Positions 1-9,640 are shown, numbered from the stretch's first letter. The stretch is DNA of 64,000 nucleotides from Spirochaetota bacterium (GCA_031549085.1 JAVBQL010000020.1:1163-65162), one strand, 5' to 3'. Notes: generated by a model from the sequence alone, not told the origin. Program-made: numbers and translations.

Positions 1-329
1 AAGAGTATACAAAAGTAAAACTTAATAACAAGTGGGGGCTTATTAACAAAATGGGAATGATTGTTGCTCCATTTATATTTGATGAGTTTCAACGTCATCC
101 TGATGTAGTTGCCACTGTATCTATTGGCGATAAGTATGGTTTGATGAACTATGATGGAAAGCTTCTTACACCTCTTATTTATGATTGGATCGCTTATACA
201 AAACCACTTGATATTGAATATATCCCAGAGGAGAATATAATTGAGATTGGAAATGCAATACTTAATGGAGTGTTGGGGACTATTCATAAGGACTATAGCT
301 TTGTGGCAGATAGGGCACGAGACCGTTGA
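1..329 (+). CDS. WG-repeat (KWG/WG_beta_rep-type) protein, C-terminal fragment; 5' end outside window
   Basis: Frame 3 is open from base 3 (EYTKVKLNNKWGLINKMGMIVAPFIFDEF...). The track ORF 51..329 starts at an internal Met. It has the K-WG-(L/F)-I-(N/D)-x-x-G-x-x-(I/V)-x-P-x-(Y/F)-D repeat signature. Confidence 0.7.
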   Translation, partial: EYTKVKLNNKWGLINKMGMIVAPFIFDEFQRHPDVVATVSIGDKYGLMNYDGKLLTPLIYDWIAYTKPLDIEYIPEENIIEIGNAILNGVLGTIHKDYSFVADRARDR

Positions 330-409
330 CAAATGTGCAAGATATTTTCTATGACATAAGCTAGAAACTAGACATAAGATTAATTATCGGAAAAACACAG
401 ATAAGGTTT

Positions 410-2785
410 TTATGAGTATTTTTTAGATATACCTTCAAACACCATCTTATAATACCTTGTTAGGTTTTGGTTATTAGGTTTTATATATTTATGATATAAG
501 TCTATTAGGTTAGAAGATAGTGTTGCAAGTTCAGGATGATTTGAATTTATTTCTTCATATATCTTTATTGCTTTTATAAATAGGTTTTCTGCGATCTCAT
601 ATTCTCCTAAACATGTATTTGCGACAGCAATATTATTTATAGACTCCGCAGTATCTATATTATTCTCACCCAAAATATTTTTTCTTATGCTTAATGCCTT
701 ATTTAAAAATTGGATCGCTTTATTTGGATTTGACATCAATCTATAACAACCACCAATATTGTGATAGGTCGCCGCAGCCTCTAAAGTGTCAGTTCCCTTA
801 AACTTCTCTTCAATTTCTAGAGCTTTATTAAAACAGCCCATAGCCATCTCATATTTGTTTAAATGGATATAGCTTATTCCTATACTGTTATATATTTTTG
901 AGCGAAGAAGCGGCAGCTCCTCCTCCGCAACAACCAATGCCTTCTCAAACCACTCTATTGCCTCTTCATATTTATTCATAGCATTATATGTAACACCAAT
1001 ATTATTATTGGCAATAGCTATTTTTTCAAGCTCTTCACTAGCGAGCTCTTCCAAAATATTAAGAGCTTTATTATAATATTCAAGTGCAACAATATAATCG
1101 CCTCTATTATAGTAATAAGTTGCAATCATATTATACACATTTGCCATATTTCTATGATTTTTATCAGGAATGGTTCGATATTCATCAAATACTTTATCAA
1201 TAAAACTTAATATTTTGTTTTCAGCTTTTTTTGTTTTCGCTAGATTTTTATCTTTATTTGGAATAATAGCATCTATTTTTACTATTTTATCATATAAGTT
1301 TTTAAGCTCGCTATTATTATCTATTTTTATATACATTTCAGCAGCTTTTAAATAGAGTATTATGGCACTCTTATATATTTTATTGTTATTATATATATTG
1401 GCAATATCAACATATGTTGATGCTGTAATTTCACTGTCTCCCAATGTTTTTCTATATAGAAAAGCAGCCTTTATTAATTTCTCCAAAGCCTCATTTATAT
1501 TCCCTTTAGAGTAGTATAAAACCCCAATATTATAACAAGTTGTTGCAGTATCGGTCGAATACTCTCCAGCAATATTTTCTTTAATCTCTATTGCTTTCTT
1601 GAAAAATTGCAAAGCCTTGTCATAATCCTTCTTATATTTATAGGCAACACCAATGTTGTTGTATGTAATAGATGTCTCAACATGCTTTTTACCAAATAGA
1701 GTCTGCTTAATTTTCAATGTTTTTTGATAATATTTTAAAGCCTTTGAGTAGTCGCCCAACTCTTGGTAGATTACACCAATATTATTGTAAGTTTTTACTG
1801 TATCTATATGGTTATCACCCAATATAGTTTTTCTAATTTTTAATGACTTATTCATTGCGTCAAGAGCTTTTTTATAATTATTTATACCAATATAACATTC
1901 TCCTAAATTATTATACTCATTCGCAGATTCAATATTATTTTCGCCTGCGATTTTCTTGTTTATAGAAATCGATTTTATTATATGATCTATACTTTTTTGA
2001 TAGTTTCCACTATCTTTGTATAATTTTGCCACATTATCATATAATTTAGATATTTCAACACCATCTTTTCCTAAAATCTTCTCACATATCTTTATGGCTC
2101 TTTTGTAATATTTTAGAGCTCTTTGGGTGTAATACATATTTCCATAGATTTTTGCAAGAATTGTTATTAGGTTCAATATTTCTATATTTTCTTCATTAAA
2201 AAATGACTCTGCTAAGTTTTTTGCAATATGAATATAATCAAATTTGGGATAAATATTCTTGTCATAGGCATTTATAAAAATAGTTTTCTCTAATAGTTCC
2301 ATTTCAGTAGTAATTGAGTTTATTATATCTTTATAATCATCGAATTTGAGTGAATACTTACTTTTTACATTGTCTTTTAGTGGAGTTGGTATAAAATAGC
2401 CTCCATCAGCATGTAAAATCCACCCCTCTTTGAAAAGTTTATCTATATTTTTTATATTTTTTTTAATATAGGTATTGATTGTTTCATTATTATAGCCAGA
2501 ACTATCTTTTACATCTATTTTCTCAAACATAGATAAATCTATCAAAAAAGAGACTTCCTCTTTGGTAAGATTCTTGAAAATAGAAATTATTGGATATTCA
2601 TCAATCATTATTAAAAGTTTTGGAATAGTTATCTTGTTCTCTTTTGCATATTTTGCCAGTAGAATTAGTATATATATATTGTTCTCTATTGAAGAGATTA
2701 TTTTCTGAAGTTTTATATCATTCTTCTCTTTTTTGTAGTTATTATAGAATATTTTTATATAGCTATCATTTGATAAATATTTCAA
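410..2785 (-). CDS. NB-ARC/STAND-type NTPase fused to TPR repeats (track ORF; true 5' end probably further upstream)
   Basis: 791-aa ORF. The C-terminal two thirds are tandem KLC-type TPRs (e.g. YNNIGVIYQELGDYSKALKYYQKTLKIKQTLFGKKH). The track start is a TTG lying inside an NB-ARC-like domain (..YKL|KYLSNDSYIKIF..). The frame stays open for 180 more codons upstream. Confidence 0.85.
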   Translation of the reverse strand: MKYLSNDSYIKIFYNNYKKEKNDIKLQKIISSIENNIYILILLAKYAKENKITIPKLLIMIDEYPIISIFKNLTKEEVSFLIDLSMFEKIDVKDSSGYNNETINTYIKKNIKNIDKLFKEGWILHADGGYFIPTPLKDNVKSKYSLKFDDYKDIINSITTEMELLEKTIFINAYDKNIYPKFDYIHIAKNLAESFFNEENIEILNLITILAKIYGNMYYTQRALKYYKRAIKICEKILGKDGVEISKLYDNVAKLYKDSGNYQKSIDHIIKSISINKKIAGENNIESANEYNNLGECYIGINNYKKALDAMNKSLKIRKTILGDNHIDTVKTYNNIGVIYQELGDYSKALKYYQKTLKIKQTLFGKKHVETSITYNNIGVAYKYKKDYDKALQFFKKAIEIKENIAGEYSTDTATTCYNIGVLYYSKGNINEALEKLIKAAFLYRKTLGDSEITASTYVDIANIYNNNKIYKSAIILYLKAAEMYIKIDNNSELKNLYDKIVKIDAIIPNKDKNLAKTKKAENKILSFIDKVFDEYRTIPDKNHRNMANVYNMIATYYYNRGDYIVALEYYNKALNILEELASEELEKIAIANNNIGVTYNAMNKYEEAIEWFEKALVVAEEELPLLRSKIYNSIGISYIHLNKYEMAMGCFNKALEIEEKFKGTDTLEAAATYHNIGGCYRLMSNPNKAIQFLNKALSIRKNILGENNIDTAESINNIAVANTCLGEYEIAENLFIKAIKIYEEINSNHPELATLSSNLIDLYHKYIKPNNQNLTRYYKMVFEGISKKYS

Positions 2786-3325
2786 TTTATAATTAGTAAA
2801 ACCGTCTATGGGTGCATCTACATTTGAAAAAATTAATATTCTTGCTTTAAGAGTATTGATACTATTATCTATCAGGTCATTGAGTTCACTAATGTCTCTT
2901 ATATTATCTATTATTAGTAGTGTTTCACTGTTATTTAAGTATTCTGCTACTATTTTTGAAAAAAGCTGGTTAACATTATAATTTATCCCAATCTGAAAGG
3001 AGTCTTTATTAAGTTTATCTTCAAAAGCCTTAATTAAAGATATTTTAATATTATCATTATATTCAATCAGAGCTATTTTTGTAAAAAAAGTTGTTTTGTT
3101 TTCAATAGATTTCTCTATTGTAGACGCTAATTGTCTGGCTAACTCAGTTTTCCCACTACCTAGTGTAGACTCTATAATAAGATTATTGGTGAGTAATATT
3201 TTTTTTATCTCTGATAGTTCTAGTTCTCTACCAATAAACTCTTTATGTGGAAGAGAATCTAGTTTTTTAGTTATAAATATATAATGCCCCTTATAATTAT
3301 AATCATATTTAATAGTATCACATAT
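2786..3325 (-). other. In-frame, stop-free N-terminal extension of the TPR gene encoding the P-loop part of the NTPase; no canonical start codon
   Basis: 180 codons lie between TAA (3326-3328) and the TTG at 2785. They encode PHKEFIGRELELSEIKKIL, Walker A-like STLGSGKTELA, Walker B-like ETLLIIDNI and ARILIFSN. Codon-by-codon reading finds no in-frame ATG, GTG or TTG. Confidence 0.7.
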
Positions 3326-3366
3326 TTATATAAAATTTCAACTATTTAAAAAAATATTTTTTTGTA

Positions 3367-3780
3367 CTAAAATATTAATATTGCTGTTCCTGCTGTTATT
3401 AACAACAAGGCTGTTATAACTTTGGGTGTTACTGGTTCACCTAAGATAACAAAAGCCAATATTACTGTTAGTACTATACTAAACTTATCTATCGGTGTTA
3501 CTTTTGAGACATCTCCCCTTTGTATAGCCGCAAAATAGAATAGCCATGAAAATCCTGTTGCTAACCCTGATAAAACCAAAAAAAGCAGATTTTTTTTATC
3601 AATATTTGCGATAGTTTTTCCTGCACCTGTTATAAAAACAACGATCCAAGCCATGATAACAACAACAATCGTCCTAATTGCTGTTGCAAGGTTAGAATCT
3701 ACCCCTTTTAAGCCTATTTTGACCAATATTGCTGTTAAACTTGCAAATACAGCCGATAATACTGCATATAATTTCCACAT
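3367..3780 (-). CDS. Small single-domain EamA/DMT-family membrane transporter
   Basis: 137 aa with about 4-5 hydrophobic helices. The sequence (KIGLKGVDSNLATAIRTIVV...FYFAAIQRGDVSKVTPIDKFSIVLTVILAFVILGE) is typical of half-size EamA proteins. Confidence 0.75.
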   Translation of the reverse strand: MWKLYAVLSAVFASLTAILVKIGLKGVDSNLATAIRTIVVVIMAWIVVFITGAGKTIANIDKKNLLFLVLSGLATGFSWLFYFAAIQRGDVSKVTPIDKFSIVLTVILAFVILGEPVTPKVITALLLITAGTAILIF

Positions 3781-3949
3781 ATCATTCTCTAATTCATTAT
3801 CATTTTGTAAGCATTATTTTATATCTAAATAAAGAATATATCATAATATAATATTTTTTTGAAAATTCAAATGTATTATATTTAATTATCTTATAAAGAT
3901 ATTAAAAACTGAAATTTGTTTTGAAGGATTTTTTAGTCAGGTTGAAAAA

Positions 3950-4033
3950 GACCCATAAAAGCAAAGCCTAAATTATTTTTTTAAAAAAATTATTTTATAC
4001 TTTTATGAAGGGAAAAAAACGCCTTTATGGGTC
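3950..4033 (-). repeat. CCATAAA/TTTATGG long-range inverted repeat, copy a
   Basis: GACCCATAAAAGC (3950-62) and GCCTTTATGGGTC (4021-33). The single non-Watson-Crick position is a G.U only in a minus-strand transcript. Confidence 0.6.
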
Positions 4034-4496
4034 CTACTACTTTACAAATTATAGTCTATTGTTTAAATAAAGTCAAACATATTCTTATAAATATAGATTT
4101 ATATAAAAATTATTGTTTATAATTACCATTTTTAATAAAAAAGATTTTATAGACTATTTATAAATAAATGTATTTTATAAGTAAATAGTATAATAATCTT
4201 ACTTATAATTTATTATATATAAAATATTGACAATTATATGTTTTTAGCATAAAACAGATATCAATAGATAACTCTATAAAAGCATACCTATAATATTTTT
4301 TTAAAAAAGGTAATAAACACTCATTGCAATTATAGAATTATCTATTTTTTATTCAAGACAGTTCCTTTTTATGTATATATAGTTCTCTTTCTCTTCCGCT
4401 CTTTTTCCCTCTAACTTCACTATTTTATCAAATATGTGCCTACTACTCTCCTAAAGACATCAGATCTTTTTTTTTATTGCTATTTTTGAAATAGAT

Positions 4497-4533
4497 GAAA
4501 AAATGGGCTATCTTAAATATTTTAAGATAGCCC
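4497..4533 (-). terminator. Rho-independent terminator of 4561..5466
   Basis: A 13-bp perfect stem, GGGCTATCTTAAA/TTTAAGATAGCCC (4505-4517/4521-4533), is followed on the minus strand by a T-run. Confidence 0.7.
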
Positions 4534-4560
4534 ATAATAAATTTATAGAGAAAATATATT

Positions 4561-5466
4561 TTATTCTACATCAATAATATTGCCACTCTCATCAAACAGG
4601 ATAGACTCTTTTGCTGTAACATTTTTTCCATCCACAACTAACTCTATACACTGCCTATTTTCTAATACAATCATTTCGATCTTGCCTCCATCAAAAAAGC
4701 TGATGTGTGCTGGAGAGACAAGTCCAACTTTTGGAATATCTATCTTTTGACCTTTGCTAACAAAAACTCTTGATATATTGCCACTCTCATAAAAAGATAT
4801 ATAGAGTACCTTAAGTTCCCCAAGTTCATTTGGAAGCTTAATTACCTCTCCTCTTCGAAGGAAAATGGCAGAGACATTTCCATCTTTAAAGAATGATATA
4901 TTAATTACATAGACATCTTTTTTTTGTCCAGAAATATTTATACTTAAAAGTTCTTTAGATTGAAGCTCCAATCTCTCTATAGATAGATCATCATCAAACC
5001 ATAATCTTATTGCATTTAGAGAGACATTAAGTTTTGGGATATATACTCCAACACTGCTTGGCGGGGTAAGAAATATTGCCTTTATTTTATCCCCTTTAAA
5101 ATATAGGTATGCTGCAGAGACTTCTCCAATGCCATTGGGAAGTGAGACTTTATCACTATCAGGTGAGAGCTCAAAGGCATACTCTTTTAGGTTGTTGTAT
5201 GAGTGAATACAAGAGACAGAGACTGTTCCCAAGTCTGATGGAAGCCTCATCTTCTCATCATGGGCAACAACAATAGTCATTTCTGGCTTACTATCCTCAT
5301 AGAAAAAAATAGAAGATGCTCGTATCTTTCCAAATGTTTTTGGAAGTGTGATTCTCTCGCCAACCTTCAAAAGGACACTCTCTATTTTAGATTCTTCAGA
5401 AATCTTAAGGCTCTCTATGGCAACATCACCTAGTTCATAGGGAAGCGTGAATATTTTTTGTCCCAT
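4561..5466 (-). CDS. LPxG...FYxxGxI tandem-repeat protein (cytoplasmic variant, no signal peptide)
   Basis: 301 aa. SD AGAGGTGA lies upstream of the ATG. It has repeated ~35-aa units (ITLPKTFGKIRASSIFFYEDSKPEM; VSLPNGIGEVSAAYLYFKGDKIKAI; IKLPNELGELKVLYISFYESGNISRV). Confidence 0.8.
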   Translation of the reverse strand: MGQKIFTLPYELGDVAIESLKISEESKIESVLLKVGERITLPKTFGKIRASSIFFYEDSKPEMTIVVAHDEKMRLPSDLGTVSVSCIHSYNNLKEYAFELSPDSDKVSLPNGIGEVSAAYLYFKGDKIKAIFLTPPSSVGVYIPKLNVSLNAIRLWFDDDLSIERLELQSKELLSINISGQKKDVYVINISFFKDGNVSAIFLRRGEVIKLPNELGELKVLYISFYESGNISRVFVSKGQKIDIPKVGLVSPAHISFFDGGKIEMIVLENRQCIELVVDGKNVTAKESILFDESGNIIDVE

Positions 5467-5721
5467 TTATATCACCTCTCTTATTTTTCACTTAATTTTC
5501 TAGAAAAATCTTTAAAATTCATATTATAATAAATATCCAATATAATCAATTTTTATTTTAAATAACTTTTATTTTTGAATTAGTACCATTTTTCTATATC
5601 TTAACCATACTGATGTTTTTGCATTTTCATTCAAAATGATGAAAAGTAAGATAATATTAAGAAAAGTATCGACTATTTAAAAGTTGTAGACTTATTCTTT
5701 AATATATCATATAAAAGAGAT

Positions 5722-6717
5722 ATGAGTCCTAAATTAATAAAAACTATGAAGCTGATTGCTTCCGTCTTCATAGTTGTATTTTATATTATCTATATTTACC
5801 TCAATCAAATCTATATAAGGCGAATTGCAAATATAGGGTTCTTACATCTCATATTTATCCTATTTACCATGCTTTCGATCGTAACTTTCTATATTATAGG
5901 GCTTTGGAATAACCTTTTTATTAATGTTAAGGATAATTCAAAAAAGATACTATTCTTTTTTCTCTTTGCTATTGTCAATTTTTTAAGCGGAATCTCCTTT
6001 TATGACCTAAGGGGATCCCTTATTGTTGAATCCAATATGACCCTCTTTAAGGTCTATGCACTATTTATGCTTATCACAATAGTTACAAAAATCCTCATTG
6101 GGATTATTTGCTCCATCTATGTTTTGATATGTATAATTATAGAGAAAGATAAGACAAAAATAAAAATTATATTGTCTATCTTTATCTCTGCTGTCTTTCT
6201 CCTCTGCTGCTTTATCTTTGCAAGCTTCCTTACCAATTTTAGTAAATATGTCTCTGACATCACAAAATTGAAAGCAGAGCTAAACTCCTACTTTGGAGAT
6301 CTCTTCTCATATGGAATATTTTTAGTGGTCTCAATTTTTATATTTATTCTATATATGCTTACTGTTTGGAATAGCTTTTTTATTAATGAGCAGAGATGGA
6401 AAAAGATGCTCTTCTATTTTATATTTTCACTGATTAACTCTTTAGCTGTTATAATATCCTATGTTACTATAACCAAGTTTCAAGAGCTTATTGAAGACTA
6501 TGGAATAAAGAAGAGCTTTGTGCATTATGTAAGTCTCTCTGTATCCTACCCTCTCTATTTTATAGCGATATTTTCTATAGTTGTTGGTTCAGTACTCTTT
6601 ATTGATAATATAGTTAGAAAAAATCGTGCTTTGAGTAAAAGAGGGTGGCAGATATTAACAACCATATCTTTAGCACTATCACTTATGTTTTTCCTAATGT
6701 ATTTTAGCAAACCTTGA
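5722..6717 (+). CDS. Polytopic membrane protein, hypothetical, internally duplicated
   Basis: 331 aa, almost entirely hydrophobic helices. The two halves share LWNNLFINVKDNSKKILFFFLFAIVNFLSGISFY and VWNSFFINEQRWKKMLFYFIFSLINSLAVIISY. Confidence 0.7.
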   Translation: MSPKLIKTMKLIASVFIVVFYIIYIYLNQIYIRRIANIGFLHLIFILFTMLSIVTFYIIGLWNNLFINVKDNSKKILFFFLFAIVNFLSGISFYDLRGSLIVESNMTLFKVYALFMLITIVTKILIGIICSIYVLICIIIEKDKTKIKIILSIFISAVFLLCCFIFASFLTNFSKYVSDITKLKAELNSYFGDLFSYGIFLVVSIFIFILYMLTVWNSFFINEQRWKKMLFYFIFSLINSLAVIISYVTITKFQELIEDYGIKKSFVHYVSLSVSYPLYFIAIFSIVVGSVLFIDNIVRKNRALSKRGWQILTTISLALSLMFFLMYFSKP

Positions 6718-6755
6718 GGAGACATTAGCCCTCTTTTAAAGCCCTGATACCATAT

Positions 6756-6790
6756 CCCCTTTACATAAAGGGGGGGGTGTTATTTTCCAA
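6756..6790 (+). terminator. Terminator-like hairpin after 5722..6717
   Basis: CCCCTTT-ACAT-AAAGGGG, followed by GGGGTGTTATTTT. Confidence 0.45.
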
Positions 6791-6855
6791 AATAGAAATA
6801 AGATATTAAACAAGACACCAAAAAGTCACTTTTTTTTCGATTTTGACTAAAGCAA

Positions 6856-6886
6856 AATATACAAAAAGTTTTGTTTTTTGTATATT
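6856..6886. terminator. Bidirectional hairpin between convergent genes
   Basis: A 12-bp perfect stem, AATATACAAAAA/TTTTTGTATATT, with a 7-nt loop. Confidence 0.45.
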
Positions 6887-6939
6887 GTTTATCTTTTTAA
6901 GATATTAAATTAGTTTTAAAAGAGATCTTATTATAAAAA

Positions 6940-7125
6940 TTATTTTGTCAACATTCGAACTGCATAGATTAGTGGAGTTCCAATTGTTATTAAAACAGCA
7001 GCTATCTCAAGAAGTTTTAATACTATATCTGCTTTGCTTAAAAGAATCATAATGAGCAGTGCCACTATCACAACACTTATAGCAATAATGATTGATATTA
7101 AAAGTCTTTTGTCTTTTCTTTTCAT
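6940..7125 (-). CDS. Small single/double-pass membrane protein, hypothetical
   Basis: 61 aa with an N-terminal KRKDKR followed by a long hydrophobic stretch. The ATG lies 8 nt after the stop of the upstream gene, which suggests coupling. No clear SD. Confidence 0.5.
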   Translation of the reverse strand: MKRKDKRLLISIIIAISVVIVALLIMILLSKADIVLKLLEIAAVLITIGTPLIYAVRMLTK

Positions 7126-7133
7126 AATAAAAA

Positions 7134-7907
7134 CTATTTTGGGTCTAATGAAGTTGGATAGCTCTCATCTAACCTCTTCTCTACTTTAAGGCTAATTATT
7201 GTTCCATTATCGGTAGAGACAAAAAACGTCCCATTGACCTTACTGAATATATCTTTAAGAGTATACTTATTTATCTCCTCATTATTCTCAAGCATATATC
7301 TAACATTGTTATCAAACATATCATTGATATTTATATTATTTTGAGTCAAAACGTCAATCATGCAGGATATATATGCAGAATCATCCATTATATGATGGTT
7401 TTTATAGGAGTAAAAAAAGCTGCACTTTTCACCCGGCTGAATAAAGAGATTTCTCTTGTTATTATTAAAGAGGCGTTTGAAGATAAGAGAGTCAATGCTT
7501 GTATAATTATTGTTATGTTTTAGAAGCAGTAATATCCCCGACTCATAATCATATGAGAACCCAACCTTGCCTCGATTCTCTATATCAACCCTTATACCAT
7601 TCTGAAAAAAGAAGATTGCCCCACGCCCAACCTCTTTTGGAGGAAGTGAGCTTATCGCTGCAAAGATGGTTGCTCCACATGTACCTGCAGCAACCATAAC
7701 ATTTATAATCAATCCAAAAATATCAGAGCTACTCCTGCCATCATGTACTCCAATAAAAAAAGCAAGAAATGAACAGGCAAGAGCAATTACAAAGATAATT
7801 GCTACAATCTTCATATATAGGTGAAGATTGCTTTTCGCAAAAAATATAACTATAACCAAAGATACAAAACAAGTTATAACCAAAGGTATAATCGTATTGA
7901 CATCCAT
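7134..7907 (-). CDS. Membrane-anchored hypothetical protein (3 N-terminal TM helices + soluble C-terminal domain)
   Basis: 257-aa ORF with ATG start, about 95 N-terminal hydrophobic residues, then a polar domain. No recognisable motif. Confidence 0.65.
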   Translation of the reverse strand: MDVNTIIPLVITCFVSLVIVIFFAKSNLHLYMKIVAIIFVIALACSFLAFFIGVHDGRSSSDIFGLIINVMVAAGTCGATIFAAISSLPPKEVGRGAIFFFQNGIRVDIENRGKVGFSYDYESGILLLLKHNNNYTSIDSLIFKRLFNNNKRNLFIQPGEKCSFFYSYKNHHIMDDSAYISCMIDVLTQNNININDMFDNNVRYMLENNEEINKYTLKDIFSKVNGTFFVSTDNGTIISLKVEKRLDESYPTSLDPK

Positions 7908-7997
7908 ATCTATACAATCCTAAAAAATGTTATTTTTGTGTAAAGATAAATTATAGAATTAATATGAGAAGATCACAAGTACTTTATCAAAAATAGA

Positions 7998-8687
7998 TTA
8001 AGATTCTTTTGCTCCATGCTCTTTTAAAAGTGATACTACTGAATCACTATCATTATCAATAGCTGCTGTGAGCGGTGTTATTCCATCACTATCCTTTATA
8101 TTGATATCAGCCCCTGCCTCAATAAGAAGCTTTGCAATCTCATAGGAACCTATGATAGCAGCCTCAATAAGCGCTGTTGACTTCATATTATTTTGATGGT
8201 TTACATCTGCTCCACTTTTAATAAGAAGCCTAACGATATCTGCAAGGTTATAGACAGTAGCCCATATCAATGCCGTATTTCCATCCTTATTTGGTTCATC
8301 TATATTTATACCAGACTCTATCAAAAGCTGTAATATATCTATGTGATCATACTCTACAGCCATAATAATAGGAAGTTCATCATATTTATTTTTAATTGTT
8401 AGAGATGCTCCCTCTTTAACAAGAAGTTTTGCAACATCATAGTTCCCTGCTCTTGCAGCAGACATTAATGGAGTATCCCCAGACTCATCCTGAAGGTTGA
8501 TATCTGCTCCCTTCTCTATTAGAATACTAACAATTTCGCTATTTGAGTATCTGCTTGCAAGTACAATAATTGGTGTATTTTCAACATCTCTTAAGTTTGG
8601 ATTTGCCCCCTCAACAAAAGCATCCCTTACGCCTTTAACACTATTGTTATATATGGATGAGAGCAGATTGAAATCGTTATCTCCCAT
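7998..8687 (-). CDS. Ankyrin-repeat protein
   Basis: At least 6 tandem 33-aa ANK units (GDTPLMSAARAGNYDVAKLLVKEGASL, GNTALIWATVYNLADIVRLLIKSGADVN, GITPLTAAIDNDSDSVVSLLKEHGA). I moved the start to ATG 8687 (MGDNDF) because AAAGGAG lies 8 nt upstream. The track start 8735 has no SD. Confidence 0.85.
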   Translation of the reverse strand: MGDNDFNLLSSIYNNSVKGVRDAFVEGANPNLRDVENTPIIVLASRYSNSEIVSILIEKGADINLQDESGDTPLMSAARAGNYDVAKLLVKEGASLTIKNKYDELPIIMAVEYDHIDILQLLIESGINIDEPNKDGNTALIWATVYNLADIVRLLIKSGADVNHQNNMKSTALIEAAIIGSYEIAKLLIEAGADINIKDSDGITPLTAAIDNDSDSVVSLLKEHGAKES

Positions 8688-8930
8688 AGCTAAAACTCCT
8701 TTATTTAAAGAAAACCAACTTAAACTTAAAGTCAATACTAAAAAATTAATATTCTAGAATGCAATTTATACAATTATAGAGCTACTTTTCTTTTAAAACG
8801 TTCTTACTATTTTACAAGCTAGTTTTATACAATTTTTTGTAATATAAGCTATTACTACTTCAATTATAACACAAGACCTCTCATTCTTGCAATATTGTTA
8901 TAAAAAAATAGTAGTTTATTTTTTTTTTAT

Positions 8931-8982
8931 TTTTTAGCTCCACCTCCTTTTTGATTTTTTTTAGATCCCACCTCCTTTTTGA
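8931..8982. repeat. Tandem 26-28-nt repeat carrying CCACCTCCTTTTTGA twice
   Basis: TTTTTAGCTCCACCTCCTTTTTGA followed by TTTTTTAGATCCCACCTCCTTTTTGA. The plus strand mimics the 16S 3' anti-SD; the minus strand reads AAAAAGGAGGTGG. Confidence 0.6.
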
Positions 8983-9142
8983 CCAATATTTTATTCAAAA
9001 AAGATTTTTTTAGGTTCTAATTTAGAATCCTAAAAAATCTAAAATATAAATAGAAATATATTTAATTTCTTAAAAGAGCTATATTGATTTTGTTGATAAT
9101 TTTTAGTAAGATTTCAACTCGCTAAAAATAGGAGATAAAGAT

Positions 9143-9595
9143 ATGATATCTGTTGCTCTATATGAACCTGAGATCCCTCAAAATACCGGGAATATTGCAC
9201 GCCTCTGTGTTGGACTTGATATTCCGCTGATATTGGTTGGAAGGCTTGGCTTCTCTCTTAATGATAAGTATCTAAAGCGTGCAGGGCTTGACTATTGGGA
9301 ACATTTAAAACTTATAAAATATAGTTCTCTTGATGAGTTTTTAGATAAAACATCTGATAACAGAAAAATATTGGCTTCAACAAAAGTTGATATGCCATAC
9401 TACAATTTCAAATATCAAAAGGGAGATATATTGGTTTTTGGGCGTGAGTCTAAAGGCTTGCCTGAGGAATTTATTAAAGATAATATTGATAATGCAGTAA
9501 CAATACCAATGGTGGGGCTAGTTAGGAGTCTAAACCTTGCAAATAGTGTCTCTATAATAGCATACCATTCACTAATAACACTCTCCTATTTCTAA
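9143..9595 (+). CDS. trmL: tRNA (cytidine/uridine(34)-2'-O)-methyltransferase, SPOUT family
   Basis: 150 aa. The N-terminus ISVALYEPEIPQNTGNIARLCVGLDIPLILV, plus FGRESKGLPEE and SLNLANSVSI, are typical of TrmL/YibK. SD TAGGAG lies upstream. Confidence 0.85.
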   Translation: MISVALYEPEIPQNTGNIARLCVGLDIPLILVGRLGFSLNDKYLKRAGLDYWEHLKLIKYSSLDEFLDKTSDNRKILASTKVDMPYYNFKYQKGDILVFGRESKGLPEEFIKDNIDNAVTIPMVGLVRSLNLANSVSIIAYHSLITLSYF

Positions 9596-9611
9596 GACAT
9601 TATTATAAAAA

Positions 9612-9640
9612 AAATCCCCTTAATACTAAGAGGATTTTAA
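9612..9640. terminator. Hairpin between convergent trmL and the S24 repressor gene
   Basis: AAATCCCCTTA-ATAC-TAAGAGGATTT (one mismatch), with T/A runs on both sides. Confidence 0.4.

Noticed and set aside
8931-8982. Possible 16S rRNA 3'-end fragment (GATCCCACCTCCTTT).
   Set aside because: Only about 12 nt resemble the 16S terminus, the match is duplicated in tandem, and there is no rRNA-like sequence on either side.
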